Assembly (NCBI RefSeq): GCF_009834535.1 | Contig: NC_045713.1 | Location: forward strand, 14,074,001 to 14,138,000 | DNA: 64,000 nucleotides | Direction of reading: 5' to 3' | DNA from: Camelus ferus | Taxonomy: Eukaryota | Shown: piece after piece, positions 21,901 through 41,260 of the stretch | Layout: each line of letters opens with the position of its first letter | Numbering within the stretch: the first letter of the stretch is position 1 | The notes under the pieces: model-generated | The model's database searches: none | The model's input: only the letters and a program-made list of their open reading frames with translations | Told to the model about the DNA's origin: nothing | Program-made: the position numbers and the translations under genes

Positions 21901-24379
21901 TTTCTGTCACAGAGCCCTAGTTTGTTGGTTAAACAGCAAAATGGAAGATACTAGAGTTACAAAATCACACAATTGATTCCAGAGGCCTTCTTGTCTTGTA
22001 TGTTTATTTGCCTTTTGGGAAGCTTCCAGATTGTCACTCGTCTCAAAGGACCACCTTCCCTTCCAGACAGAGGGTTGGTGCTCTCAGACCTTTCTCGCAA
22101 TTAGATCTCCGAAATAAAACCTTCTGAGACATAGAGACAGATCTGAGGTTGCAGAGTTCTCTGGGTCCTCTTGCTCTCCTTCCAGGACTCCAGTTTCTGT
22201 GTAATAGATCAGCATTAGCAGCTGGTGGGAAAAATTCTTGGGGATGCAGAGGCCAGGAGCGTAGTGCCCCCTCCCCAGTCTTTCTCCCACAGTGAGGGGC
22301 ACACAGGAGAGGCTGAGGAAAGGCTCATGTTGCAAAAGGAGTCTCTGTTTGCCCACAAGCCAGTGCATGGCCCTGCAGGCCTGTGCCAACCTCTGGATAA
22401 GTGCTGTTTGTTAGCAGTTACCTTTGTCTCTTATGGAACCTACTCACTTGGAGCATGTGAGACAGGATCTCCTTCTGTCTTGTGCAGTTAAATTCCCCCA
22501 CCTGGCCGTGGGACCTTATCTGTCTCAGCCAGGTATTGCCCAGGGCTCTGCTGGCAGGGGTCACATGTGAGCCATTGTGGTTTCTCCCTCCATCCCGCCC
22601 AGACTGCGCTCTCCCTTTACAGGTGATTGAGAAGGCACTACACGTGGCTTGGCCTGTTTCCCATAATCTGAAACTGTGTGTTTGCCTAATTGTTACACAA
22701 TTTTAATTGGATACCACACACACTAAGGGTTATTGTTTACCTATAGGTGATTCTGTTACCAATAAAAGCCCTTCTGCTGTGTAGTGTACTAAATTTATTC
22801 ATTACCTGTGTCCCCACCAAAAGTTTCCCTGGTTTCTGCCCCTTCAGCCTTTCCTTGTATCAGTTTGCCATCATTCCCTGATAATCTTCTGTAATTCCTT
22901 TTTCCTCAAGGATTGTTCCAGCCTTCATAACTTGGTTAACCTGTGGGCCTTAGAAAGATCCAGGTGTATACATTAACTCCACCTGCCTCTGATTTCTTTC
23001 CCTGCCTTCCTGGACTGTCCCCTCCCCACCTCCCAGCCCACAAGAGCATTCTCCTTCCTCAGTGGCCCCATGAACCCCAGGGCTCTGTCTTGGACCCTTT
23101 GGCTTCTTGGAGCCCATGAAGCTGGACTGTAGAGCTGTCTTTGACTCTGCACCATGAATGACCCGCACCGGCCTGCCCACTTAAAGAGCTGAAGGGCTCC
23201 CCAGCCCCAAGTGGCCGTGCTCTCCAAGACCTGTCCTGTGCCCACGCTGTTTCTGCTGCTTCCTAGGCAAAGGCCTTCTCAGTGTTCAGGATCTAACTGA
23301 GGCAGGTGCTGGCTTAGGGAGGCTTTCCAGGCCCCTCTTTCCTCACAGGCTGGGCACCCGACACCCTGTACTTTTCTCTCATAGCATCTGCATCTGAGTT
23401 GGCATGGTCAGTACACCCGTGTCCCCACATCCAGAAGTTCATTGAGAGCTAGGGCTAGGCTTTACATCTTTGTATTCCAGCACTTGATGCACTGGCATTC
23501 AGGAAGTGTATCAAATGCCTATTAAAATGATTAAACCTGAAAGATTCCCTCCCACCCCAGCTCTGTTGTCAGGTCTGAAGATACTTGACTAGAGCCTGCT
23601 ATGTGCCCAGCCTTCCAAGGCACACCTGTCACAGGCGCTTTGCTTGGAATTCAGACCAGTCAAGATTCTAGCTGCCAACAGCTGGGTTCTCTTCCTCTGC
23701 TTCTCATTCCATGCAGCTAGCTGATTTCTCCTGTGCCCTTTGTGGTGGTTTCCCCAGACCTACTGCTGAGCTCAGAAGATAAATACCCCAGGTTAGCAGA
23801 GCCCCATTCCAACCCCAGCCCCTGCCTGTGGGTAGACCAGACCTGGCTGGGAAAAAGGTGTTCTGCCCAAGAATGGGATTTAGGGAACCTTTTTGAGTGG
23901 CTGATAAGGTTAGGAATCTGCCCTGCTCAGGTCCCACCCATAGGCTCAGGTGCCCTGGTAAGACCTGCATTTGAACTTGTGGCCAGCGGCAGCAGTTGGC
24001 CAACCAACTGGCCTGCGGTGCTGTGACTAACACCTCCTTAATAGTTCCACCCCTTTATACCTGGCACGTGCCCTCCATTGTGTGCCATCAGCAAAGGGCC
24101 TACTATCAAGTTCCCCGTTCTCTGGCAGCCTGGTAGTCACTGTTGGAATGCCAGTCACCAGCAGTATTTGAAAAATCCCTTTGCTCTGCCTTCTCATCGT
24201 GTGAAGATGTCTGCTGGGAAGATCACACCCCTAGAACAAGTTGGCGAATATTCCGTGTTGTTATTATTTAGAATTAAATTTTTCTCTTGGGCCTAGGTGG
24301 TTTGGGATTTTCCTGAGTCTCCATCTATTTCCTTCTTTCATTTCCACCTTCCTGGTGTGAGACACCAGGGCTCAAAAGC

Positions 24380-25900
24380 CACAATACAGTAGAACAGCCG
24401 GACTCATTGCAGACCATCACCACAGTGTGCCAAGTTGAAACCAATTTGAATGAGGAGAGGTGGTGTGCAGGTAGGCCAACCTCAGCCCTGCCTGGGATAT
24501 CGGAAGGGCTGAAAGGGCTGGTGAAGGAGAGGGCATTTGGGCCAAGGCTTGAAGCCATTTGGCCTGAGGGGAGAAAGGAGAACAGGTGCAGTTCTGCCTT
24601 TCTTACTTTCCACTGTCAAGGTTCCTGACGCTGCCACTGGAGGGCAGGTAGGGCCAGATCCTGAAGGGGGGTCAGGGGCAGGAAAGGGCTTCAGGTAGAG
24701 TGGGGCAGAGCGGGTTGAGAGTCAGAGCTGAGTTGCATTGGTGTCACAGGGAGTATGTGAAGGTTGGAAGACTTAAGGAAAGCCATTGGAGGTATGGGAC
24801 TTGAGTTCACAAGAGAAATCTAGGCTGAGAAGAGGAGGGACTGCAGCAAAAGGGACATTTGAGGGACAAGAGCATCAGCAGCAGGAGAGGTAAGGAGACA
24901 TATACAAGGGAGGGGCTGCAGGAGGCCCAGGGAGAGGAGAGCTGAGAACAGTGGGGTCAGCACTGGGCGCTCCAGGGAGGTAAGGGCTCAGAGGTATCAG
25001 GTCTGGCAGCTGGGTGGTGAAGGCGTGAAGGACGAGGAGGGAGGAGATGGATACAGCCTGCTCTCACCAGAAGCTTGACTGGGAAGGAAAGGAGAGACTT
25101 AGCTGGAGTGGAGTATCGGGTGCTGTGTTTGGGGGTTTGGGGGCCTGTCTGTAATGGCAGAGGGTGCACTAGAGATGCAGGAGAGTTCAGGTCCCCAGGA
25201 GCTGAGATCCAGGATCAAGGGTAGGGGAATGCAAACTGAGGGCCAGGGTCTGAGAGGAGAGTAGGCTCTTTCCTGACACCTGTTTCTGGAGGACAGTGAG
25301 AGGCGTGAAGCAGTAAGCTAGTGCGGGGAACCAGAGAGGGTGCTGGCGAGATGTGAGAGAAGGGCTGCCAGGTGGCTCTGACGGCCACAAGCAGGGTAGT
25401 CTGATTTTTTCCCCTTTGCAGTTGGTGTGCAAGAGTGGAGAAGCACGCTGTCAGACTGGCTTCTTGTGGGGGTTTTGCCTGGTAGCTGATACAGGAGCAC
25501 AGGAGAGATGGGAGCTGAGGCTTGGAGGGATGGATCCAGGCTGAGCAGACAAGTAAAGCCACGAAGGACTGGTAGGTGAGGGGAGGTGGCATCATGGCAG
25601 GTGGGAGGAGGGCAGTGAATGGCTCCATGACAACTGTGAGACAGTGAGGTGTTTGTGTGTCCTCACCATAGAGCAGTTTCCTGGGCTGATGGGGTGTAGA
25701 TAAAGCATTAGAGATGTAAAGGCTTCTAAAGTTGGAGAGCTTTGAGCCTGGTCTGCCTACTTGACGCTGGAATGCCCTGCACAGAGGGCAGCTAAGAGAA
25801 GGAGGCCAAGAGCTGGAATAGGGGTGGGGGCCTGGGAGAGACCCTAGCAGGAGGGGGATGGGGAGAGCACATTGCTTTCTGTCCTGGAGGAAGGGTGCAT
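24380..25900 (-). mobile_element. Long degenerate L2 LINE (antisense)
   Basis: Purine-rich sequence with L2-like phrases (GGGCCAGATCCTGAAGG, GGAAAGCCATTGGAGG, GCAAAAGGGACATTTGAG). Boundaries approximate. Confidence 0.5.
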
Positions 25901-27439
25901 TCAGGGAGAGAATGAGGGGCGGGGGGTGTTCTTTGTCACAAACAAGTTCCAGAGCAAGAAAAGAGGTGGGAGTTGGGGGTGAAGTAGGGAAAAAGCAGGG
26001 CAGCAAAGTAAGGGAATATGGGGGATTAGTGACTGTGGCCACCCCAGTCGGTGACACCAACACCACCAGCCATCCACAGAATTGGGAATCATCCTACCGC
26101 TGAGGCCTCTGGTGTGGAGGTGAGCATCCTCAGCCCAGGGTTCCAGACAGTCTTGAAGCTGTGTCTCCCAGGCCTCCGGCAGATTCTTAAGGGTGGGGTT
26201 GAGTATTTCCCTGGCTTCTCCCCCAGGATGGATGGGAGGACTGAGCCTTTCATTAGGAAGTCAGACTTGACTTGGACTTGAGAGAAGGGTCCCAGCATAA
26301 CAAGAGGCAGTTCATCCTCTGTCTCAGAATGCATCCCACTCCAGGCCTACTGTCATGTCCAGGCCCCACGCTGCCCCTTGTGGCTATCATAGGTGGATGG
26401 CCTCAGGGATATCTCCCAACCGCCCCCACTTCCTTCCACGTTCTCCCTCAGAGCACCTGCTACCATGCCTGACTCACCAGCCCAGATGCCTAGGCTGTCC
26501 CACTGGCCCTGCTCCTCTACCCAAATACCTTGCAAGCTGAGCCACATGCTTAGCCACCTGGATGAGCCCTCCCTGCCCACAGACGGGTCATCTTTCCTTC
26601 CCTGTCCTGCTGCCATGTTTTCTGCCTGACTGGCTGCCCCATGTCCCCAGACCCTGAGCATCTTAACAGGCAGCAACCGTGTCCTGTAATTTCTGTGTTT
26701 TTCTCACCTCCAGACCCTACAAACCCTGAGGGCTGGAGTAGGGCCACTAGGTGTCGAAGAATCTGTCATTCTTCTGCATCCTGTCTGGGGACTGGTGGTC
26801 TCTGAGGTTGAGGAGCTAGCTGAATAGCACATGCTCTGAATTTCACTCTGGGGAAACTTCCTGAGAGGATTGTGCATTTCTTAGTCTAGTGGAGATTCTC
26901 AAGCCTGGGACTGAGCACCTCACTGCTCCTCCTTCCTGCCCATTGTCCTGTTCTTGACCAGTCTGCAGGGCTGGAGCCTCCTTATTCTTCTTTGTTCCTG
27001 GTCTCACTCCCAGGAAACAGATGTGGAATTGCTCAGACTAGAGGGGAAGAACTGAGACACAACAGTGAAGCCACCCTGTCCTGTGGCATAGTGACTAAGG
27101 CCCAGCCAGGCTGAGCCCTGGGTCCTTGAACTGCAGCCAAGGGGTGGGGGAGACTAGGCAGGCTGGGCTGGGCAGGGGTCATGGGAGCGGGCAGGCATCA
27201 TGGTGAGCACCAACCTCCCTCTGCACAGGGCTACCTCTTGCTGCGTGTTGCCCCACCAAAACCCCACCGCTGGACTGGAATTCTCTGTTCATTGCTTGGG
27301 TCTGTGCCCCCCAACATCAGGTCACCTCATCTGGTGGAATCCACCCCATCTTCATCCTCTGTGGTCAGCCTCAGCCCAGCCCTCCTTCTGCCCCCACTTC
27401 TGGACTCTGCCCTCCTTCCTCCATGGCCACAAGGGGGAT

Positions 27440-27850
27440 TTTTCTAAAATGCAGATCTAATCATGTCACCTTCTGCTTAGGCTTTTCTCCTCCTGCTCCC
27501 TCTTGTGTAGGGGTGATGTCCAGTCTCCTAGTGCAAGTGGCATGCAAGGCCGCTGGCCCCCTCTCATCCCACCATCAGCCACTCCACGTCATCTGCCTGA
27601 AGCTCCACAGTTTGCCATGCCTTCCCTTATGCTTTTGTCCCCACCCCCATCTTTATGCACTCAGGGTAGCATTGCCCCTTCTGTAGTGCTCATGCAGAGT
27701 CAGAGCCCTGCCTTGGTGGTCACCAGCACCCTGCCTGGTCTGACTGTGTGTGCTGTCATCATTGGTCTTGAGAGCCATCTTTTACTCTCATATCCCTGGT
27801 GCCCTGCCCAGAAAAGGCAACTGAATAGAAGTTTGTCAGATGAATGGAAG
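27440..27850 (+). mobile_element. L2 LINE 3' fragment
   Basis: TTTTCTAAAATGCAGATCTAATCATGTCACC...TGCCCAGAAAAGGCAACTGAATAGAAGTTTGTCAGATGAATG resembles the L2 3' end. Confidence 0.6.
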
Positions 27851-29449
27851 TTTGGGGCAAGGGGAGCTGTAATGGAGTGCTGGGCCCTCCGGGAGAGGCA
27901 GCCTATAAGGGAGACATGGCACCCATTGTTGTCAGGTGGTTAAGATGGAATCGCCCAGGCTTAAATGTGAGGGTCTGTTTGTCACATGAAAGCAAGTTTG
28001 TTTTCAAATCCAATTGTTTGGGAAAATCATGTTCCCCACATAAGCCGTGAGAAAGGCAGAGGTCTCGTGACTCGTTGGATCCAGGGTGGTGTTTTGAGAC
28101 AGCAGCGTGGCATTGAGAAGCCAGCCATGAACTGGCTGAAGAGGGAAGGTGGGCGGGGCTGACCACCCTGGGTGGCCTGTGCTCCTGAGGTGGGAGCTAG
28201 GTAGAGGACACTATGGCCTCTGTGATCACTCTGAAGGCTGACAGATCAGGGTTGGTTCTCCCTATGCCGGGGACACTCAGGTGCCTCTCTGTATCTCCTT
28301 TTCCTCATCTGTGAAGTGGAACGAATCCCTGTGCCACGAGACTGTCCTCAGGATTGGAGGAGACGGGAATGAGAGGCTAAATCACCTGGAGGTGGAATTT
28401 GTGTTCAGCAGTCCTTGAAGAAGGGTGCAGGAGGGGTCCTGCTTAACCAGTGGCATGGTCCTGGCTGTCTTTTGCCCCACTGCCCATAGTGAGGTCTTGT
28501 CCTTTCTTGCACATCCTTTCTCCTCCTGTCTGTTCCTGGTTGGAAATCTGCTTGTGAGGGCTGCACACCTGATGGAGCAGAGCTGACAGTTTCGGGGATG
28601 GGGCTGGGCTCTTTCCACCCCAGCTGGCCGCCTCCCTCTTTCTGTGGGCACACTTTGGGGGTTCACCCAAATTTGGGGGGAGGGCAGAGTTGAGGTTTAT
28701 TTGAGCTCCCATGGGGTTTTCTTGTTTTCAAAACATCATCTCACAGGAACTCCGCTCCTCAGAAAGGCTGCTTTTGCCTAGGGCCTGTGTGGCTGCAGGC
28801 CAGGAGCCGCTGAAGGGGCTGCTAACACTTCAGACCTCTCTAGAGACTGATGTGAACTTGCTCTTGGCAGACCCAGGACCATGTATTTGGGCTGGAGGGT
28901 GCACTGGTCATCACCACAGGATGGGAAGCTGGAGGGAGCTGTCGCTGGCACAGCAAGATAACATTTCAGGGAAGTAGATGTCATTCATTTCCACTTAGGT
29001 TTTTATTTTTCTTTTAAAGAAATACTTGCTTTCCATTAGGTAGCCTAAACTCTCAAAACTGGTATAGTATGTGTGTGGGAAAGGAACACGAGGGTCACTG
29101 GAAGGGGCTTACGGGGTCAGGAAGCAGCAGCACAGGCAGGAAGGGGAGGTAGGTCCCTCAAAGAGGCCATTTGAAGGGGTCATTCCAAAGGGAGCAGGGG
29201 ACCTTCGTGGGGCTGTGTGAGAGAACCTTGGTGGCAGCCTCCTGTGGCTGTGCCTCCCCCTTACGGAGGGGGCATGCTCAGGCTCCTCCACAGGACTGGT
29301 GGGGCATTGACTCACCAGACCCCATCACTCCACAGACATCCCAGAGCCAGTGCCAGGCCAGGGGACCCCAAGGAGCAGTAATGGTAAGAGGCCCTTGGGA
29401 CATCTGAGCTGCCCTGGCGTGCCAGGCTGGACTGAGTGCTTTCTATAAA

Positions 29450-29840
29450 CAGTCTCAGTTAATCCTCACAATTGGCTTTTAAGCACATCCGTTGGATCAC
29501 ATCCCTTCTCTGAGTCCCACTGCACTTAGAATAAAATGCAGACTCCTCCCTATGCACGATCCAGCCCGTGGTTGTTTCCACTGTTCTTGCCTCGCACACT
29601 GTGCTCTGGCCACACTGGATGCCCTCCTCTTCCTGGAGCACACCAGGCCTGTTCCTACCTCAGGGCCTTTGCACTCATTCTTCTCTTTGTCCAGGGTGAC
29701 TTTTCCTCAGCTCTTCCGTCTGCTTCCTTATTGCTTCAGCTCAAGTTGGGAGAGGTCCACCCTGAAGATCCCAGCTAAAGTAGCCACCGCCCTCCAGACA
29801 TGCTGTGTGGTGTCCCTATCTGATCACTGTCTGCAATTCT
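29450..29840 (+). mobile_element. L2 LINE fragment
   Basis: CCCACTGCACTTAGAATAAAATGCAGACTCC...CACACTG...CCTACCTCAGGGCCTTTGCACT is characteristic L2 sequence. Confidence 0.7.
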
Positions 29841-30065
29841 TGTGAGTTTAACGGGGTGTTAAGGGGAATTTTTCCTGTTTTCCCAGAATTGCAGGTTAGG
29901 CCCAAAGCTGAGGACAAAAAACACAAAGTTCCTTCCTACATTCCAAATTGAGGGAGCTGCAGGCAGGTGGGGCCAGCCTTCTCCCACAGGGCTGGTGGAG
30001 AGATGCCACTACAGAGAGCCAGCCCTGCCCCCACCCCCAATCTTCCACAGTGAACTTGAGACTAG

Positions 30066-30067
<2 letters not shown>

Positions 30068-30130
<63 letters not shown>
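30068..30130. repeat. (GT)n microsatellite, about 31 units
   Basis: Perfect dinucleotide run, read directly. Confidence 0.98.
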
Positions 30131-30131
<1 letters not shown>

Positions 30132-31809
30132 CCTTAAGGTGAGTGCAGTGTTTGTGGTTAGGATTCATTCCCTCCCTCCCCTCCTGAGGCCAAGGGAAAG
30201 GGGTTTTCCAGGGCACCTGCTGGTAGGGCTCTGCTGGCTGGGAAGAGCGGCCAGCCTGCTGGCTGTCTGCCCTGGTTTGCCAAGGAGGCAAAGGTACATG
30301 AGAAAGAGAGTGGGCTGCCACCCGTGCCCGAGTCAGTGAGTCCAGAGTAAGAACTCGACCCTCAGGTGTTGCTTGGGGATTCATGTCTGTTGGGTGGTTC
30401 GTATTCATCACTTCCGTTTAGAGACAGGCAGCTGCTGTTCAGGGGAGAGGCATGGCTTATCTGAGGTTCGGCCAGACAGATAGCAAAGCTGGACTTTGAA
30501 GCTCAGCCTGTCTGACTTTAAATTCAATCATTTCCCACATTGACTCCTGCCTTGCTTCTCTACTCCCGACCGCCCTGGTGCCGACCAGGAAGCATGGCCT
30601 CCTTCCCAGGCCTGGCACCTTTGTCAGGAGCTGGAGGCTGTGGGGAACAGGTGAAGCCTTGTTTCCACAAGGGAGCAGGAAGTGTGGACAGTGTTGTGTG
30701 ACAGCCACAAACTGCAGACAGAATAACTAGGGGAGGGTATTGCTTCAGTTCTGAAACTTACTTCTAGACCGTGCAGGTCCAACCCGGATGACTTTAGGTT
30801 TTGGTCTGTTTCCCACCTCCTGACTTTCCCTTCCCAATAGCCAGCTTAAACAGTCTCACTGGGGTCTGAATGTGTGTGCATGTAAATGCAAGAAAAGGTT
30901 TTGAACGATGTGCACTAAAATGTGAATGGTGATTGTTTTAGCTAGAAGAGGGAAGAGGATTGAGGGGTAGCTTAAACAGGACTTTACATTTTTACTCTAT
31001 AATTTTGTATTATTTGACTTTATCGTGATTATGCATTCACATATATAAGCAAATAAAAAATCTACCCTGATCCCTGGTTTTATAGATGCCTGAGGAGGTC
31101 ATCACGAGCCTTGTTTGCTCTGCTCCGGAAGTACCATGCTATCTTTTCGGGTGGGAGCCTGCAGAGATCTGGTGGGGCTTCTTCAGGGTCTTCTGCAAAT
31201 GTCTTTGCCTTGGAGTCCCTCCGAATCCAGTGTGTTCCCAGGCCCGCTTGCTGCAGCAAATAAAACCATAGGCCTACTTCTCCCTGAAGGCCCTTTCTGA
31301 AGGAATTTGCAAGGTGCACTAATCGTTTTTGGAGTTTCCAGTTTAATATTCAACCCGAATCTGAAGCCAGTCGAGTGAGGGTTGGTGTTGTCCTGCCCAG
31401 CTCTTGTTCTGTTTATAAACATGTTTATTGCCCTGAACAGGAGCAGGTTCTATTCCCACAAGCAGGATAGGCCTGGGGTCCCCCCAGAGGCTAGCGGACT
31501 CAGAGCCTGGAATGAAGGATATAAACTCTATAGGTAACTTATCCATGGAAGATCATGGAGTGCTGGGCCTGGGCGTGGCCATGGGGATGCGAGTGGGCCT
31601 GTTGGCCTGGCCTTCACAACCTGGGAGGGGGAGCCCCTCCTGCTGTCCAGCCCAGGACAGAGCAAACAAACCAACTGCCATTTGGGTTTCTTTTCTTCTG
31701 GGGAAGAGGGTTCCAGCACTGGCAGCAGGTCCTTTTGTGGGCAAGGCTTTTCTACTGGGACATGTTAAGTAGATATCACAAATCTTATTTTAATTAATGT
31801 TTTCTGCAG

Positions 31810-32655
31810 AAGGATCCCTGTAAAAACAGTGTCACTGGATATATGTCCAGGGACTTGAACAGATACTTGCGCAGCCATGTTCACAGCAGTATTATTCACA
31901 ACAACTAAAAGGTGGAAAAACCCAAAAGTCCATTGACAGATGAGTGGATAAACAAAATGTGTTCTATCCATACAATGGAATATTATTAACCATAATGAGG
32001 AATGAAATTCTGGTGGTGAGGGGTGAGCAGGGATGAATAGGTGGAGCACAGGATTTTTAGGGCAGCAGAAATACTTTGAATTATACTATAATCAGGATAC
32101 ATATCAGTTTACATTTGTCCAAACTCATAGAATGTGCAGGCAGGAATGGACCCTCATTAATCTATAGATTTGGGTGATGTGTCAGTGTAATTTCATCAGC
32201 TGTAGCAAATGTACCATCTGGTGGGGAATGTTGATAATGGGGGGCTGTGCCTGTGTGGGGCAGAGGGTGTGTGGGAAATCTCTACCATCCTCTCAATTTT
32301 ACTGTAAACCTAAAATATATTCTCATACATGCTATAAACATAGGTGGACCTTGAGTACATTGTGATCAATGAAATAAGCCAGACAAGGAAGGACAAATAC
32401 TGTAAGATTCCACTAGTGTGAAGTACCTGGAGTGGTCCAGTTCTTCGAAGGTGGAGTGGTAGGTGCCAGGAGTGGGGGCGAGGGAATGGAGAGTGAGTAT
32501 CTAATGGGCACAGAATTCCCATTTGGGAAGATGAGAAAGTTTTAGAGATGGATGGTGGTGATGGTTGCACAACATTGTGAATGTACTTAATGCCACTGAA
32601 CTGTTTAAAAACGGTTAAAGTTTGTTATGCATATTTTAACACAATAAAAAAAGCA
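31810..32655 (+). mobile_element. L1M (L1MB-like) 3' end with a nested L1MC-like 3' fragment (about 32010-32320)
   Basis: ATGTTCACAGCAGTATTATTCAC...TCCATACAATGGAATATT...GAAATAAGCCAGAC...GGTGATGGTTGCACAAC...CAATAAAAAAA. The internal piece GAATAGGTGGAGCACAGGATTTTTAGGGCAG...CTGTAAACCTAAAA resembles L1MC 3' UTR. Subfamily calls are from memory. Confidence 0.8.
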
Positions 32656-33733
32656 CCACATCAAGGTGCTTTCTCAAGACACCTGACTCATAGAGGCTTT
32701 ACATTACAGTTCTTTCAGCTTAATGTTTTTAAAGTATTACTTGCTTTTTATATTTTCAGATGAATGTTTTCGATGCAGGAGAAACTGGAATGATCTGGTC
32801 ATTTACCAGAACTCACTGAAGCAAACCCTTGTGATATCTTGACATTTGTACCATCGCAGGCAGAAAGGTTAGTCTGAGGTACGCAGGCAGACTGTTGTCT
32901 TTTGTGCTGACAGCAGTAGCCTTTGGCAAAAACAGATGTTAAACTGTGGTGTTCTGAACGGTAGGCTTCTATCTCACTGTCCACATGCAGCCGGAGTCCC
33001 AGATAGCACATTTTACCCATTTTTTTAATGTCTGCATGAATCTCATTAGTTGCCTATAATGGAGAGGCAGCACCAAATCCCCCATACTTCTGGCTCATTT
33101 GGACGCAGAAATGTCTGATTTTGAAGCTGTAATGCCTTCCATTTATTGTTCAGCCCTCATGTCTACTCACCACCAATGATTCTTCTCTGAAATACCTGCC
33201 TGAAACTAAGCTGGTATTTTTAGAACATTAAAAATGTTGGCCTCCAAATTCCAACCCAGGGACGGCTGGCAGAGTAGGTGTGTGTCTTCCTCATGATGCA
33301 AACCAGTTGAAGGCCTGAAGCCTTTGAGAACTGAAACGCAGCATCTCTTGGCTTAATGGAGTCTTCTTGACTAGTAGCTCCTCTTCAGAAGGCCCACAGG
33401 CCACAGGGTGAAGTGTGGGAGCCTTGTGGGCCACCCACCCCTGGGACAGAGAGTTGTTTTCAGCAGGGTCAGACTCTCAAAGCCCTTTCAGAAACTCATC
33501 TCTAGCCTGCCTCTCACTACCCAGAATCTGTGTGACCTATTCAGTAGCTTCATAAGCCCCAGGGAAAGAAGTTATACTCCAGAGTTCATAGTGAATTCTC
33601 AGAATATCCACTTACCTTAAATGGAAGCCTTTCTGATACTTTATAAAAAAGATTAAAACAAAAACCTGTTTTTTAAAAATGTGAACCTTCATATACATGT
33701 ATTAAGCATGGCTTTTAATCCTACAGGATATAG

Positions 33734-39592
<5,859 letters not shown>

Positions 39593-41149
39593 CAGGCGTA
39601 AGCCTCCAGTGGCCGAGCTGCTGCCGTTGGGTATGGTGGTAGCTGGCCCCTCTCTTCAGGGAAGGGGCGGTGAATGAAGACCCCACCCCAACATACATAG
39701 GTCGCACCATCAGGATGCAGCCGGGCTCTGGGAGTGGGCTGGGCAGTGATGCCAGGGCCTCAGCTGGCCAGGCCTGTCCCTCCTGGCCCTTCTCAGACCT
39801 GCCCATATTTGCTACCATCTCTACCTTGGACTCAGGCGCTGGCTGTGCTCTGTGTAGGTATTCTATGCCCAAGGCCTGGGAAGGGTGACATCTTGCAGCC
39901 TCTGAGCCTTAGTTCTGCGGGGGTAGGAAGGACGAGGCTGGAAAGGCAGAAGGATCCGGCCACCAAGTGTGGGTCCGTGGCACCCCCTGCTGGTGCCTCT
40001 TAGCATGGCTCCCAAGCGGGTTCTGCAGTCCCCTGCCTGGCCTGCTGCTGGGCAGTTCCCTAGAGATGTATTGGTCCTGAGAAGCTGACAGGTGCCCTGG
40101 GGACTGTTGCTTGACAGGAGCATCTGCCTGGAGCTTCTGACTCAGTTCCCTCCTCCCTGTGCTGGCCTCCAGGGCCTGCCTCTTGGACAGGAACTGCAAG
40201 GTGAAAGAGAGGAGGGCAGGATTGGTACAGGGCTCTGGGCCCCTCCTGAGGGAGGCCAAGGGCCAGTGGGATGAAGGGCTGGAGGGAATGTGACGTATCC
40301 TTGTGTTTCTGCAGAGCCTGAAGCTTCTCCTGGGCCTCGTGTGTTCATGCCTGGAGAGGCCACCAAGGGAGGGGCCCTCTGACTGACCCGAAACCAGCCA
40401 GCTCCATTTCCAGGGGCCTGCCCAGAGAAGCCTGGACCCATGGAGTCTTCTTCAGCCCTCCTTCTCTCCAGCCTGGGGCCTCCTTAGCTCCCTGCAAGTC
40501 CCTGCAGCTGCCCCATTTTGCTGCAGTGACCTGGGCCCCAGGATCCCATCTAGACCCCTCAGGGGCATTCTCCTCTCCCAGCCCTTCCCCCTCCCCTTCA
40601 CTGGGCTCCACACGCCCGTGCGCTGGGGCTGCACCTTCCCCAGCTCCCTGCCCACGTGGCTCCTTCATGATTCTTCCCACTGTGTAGCACAAGTTCTCCC
40701 TCTGCGTCCCTCTGCCTCCCTCTGCCAGTACTGTGGTTGGCCACAGAACGTGGTTTCCCCCACCCTCCCTGCCTGGCCCTACCCTGGGCCTATGCACAGT
40801 AGGTGCCAAGTAAAGACTGGCCAGTGAGCATTGCAGGGAGCGGCCCTCTCACCCTGTGACCTCCCTCAGCTGGTCCTGAGGGCCTGGGTACCCCAGCGGG
40901 AAGAAGGGAGAAGCAGACACCCGAGCGGCTGTACCGGGACCAGGGCAGCCTGGGCCACAGATGCCAGGGGGTCTTGCCCCTCAGGTCGATTCCCACTTGG
41001 CTCTACCCCTGTCAGTGTCCCCACACACCACACCCCTGTCCTCCACACTTTGCTTGCTCTTCCCGTGGGGCTCTCATCCTCCTCTGCCCACCTGCTCATG
41101 TCTCCCCTGAGCCAGGCCATAGTGGTACAGAAAGATGGACCAGGAACCC

Positions 41150-41260
41150 TGTGTGACTTTGAGCAAGCCAGTGAGCCTCCCTGGAACTGTTTCCCCAACT
41201 GTAAAATGGGGCCAGTCACCCTGCTCTGCTGTCCCTATAGGACTGTTGAGAGGCTGTGAG
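41150..41260 (+). mobile_element. MIR SINE fragment
   Basis: GTGACTTTGAGCAAG...GTTTCCCCAACTGTAAAATGGGG. Confidence 0.7.

Noticed and set aside
25215-26066. 283-aa minus-strand ORF
   Set aside because: Lies in degenerate L2-like sequence, with a Pro/Leu/Ser-biased product and no motif.
29870-29900. Pyrimidine tract plus CAG|AATTGCAG|GTTAGG (8-nt microexon or recursive splice site) in TBC1D24 intron 1
   Set aside because: Weak donor and no independent support. Such motifs are frequent in 15 kb of intron.
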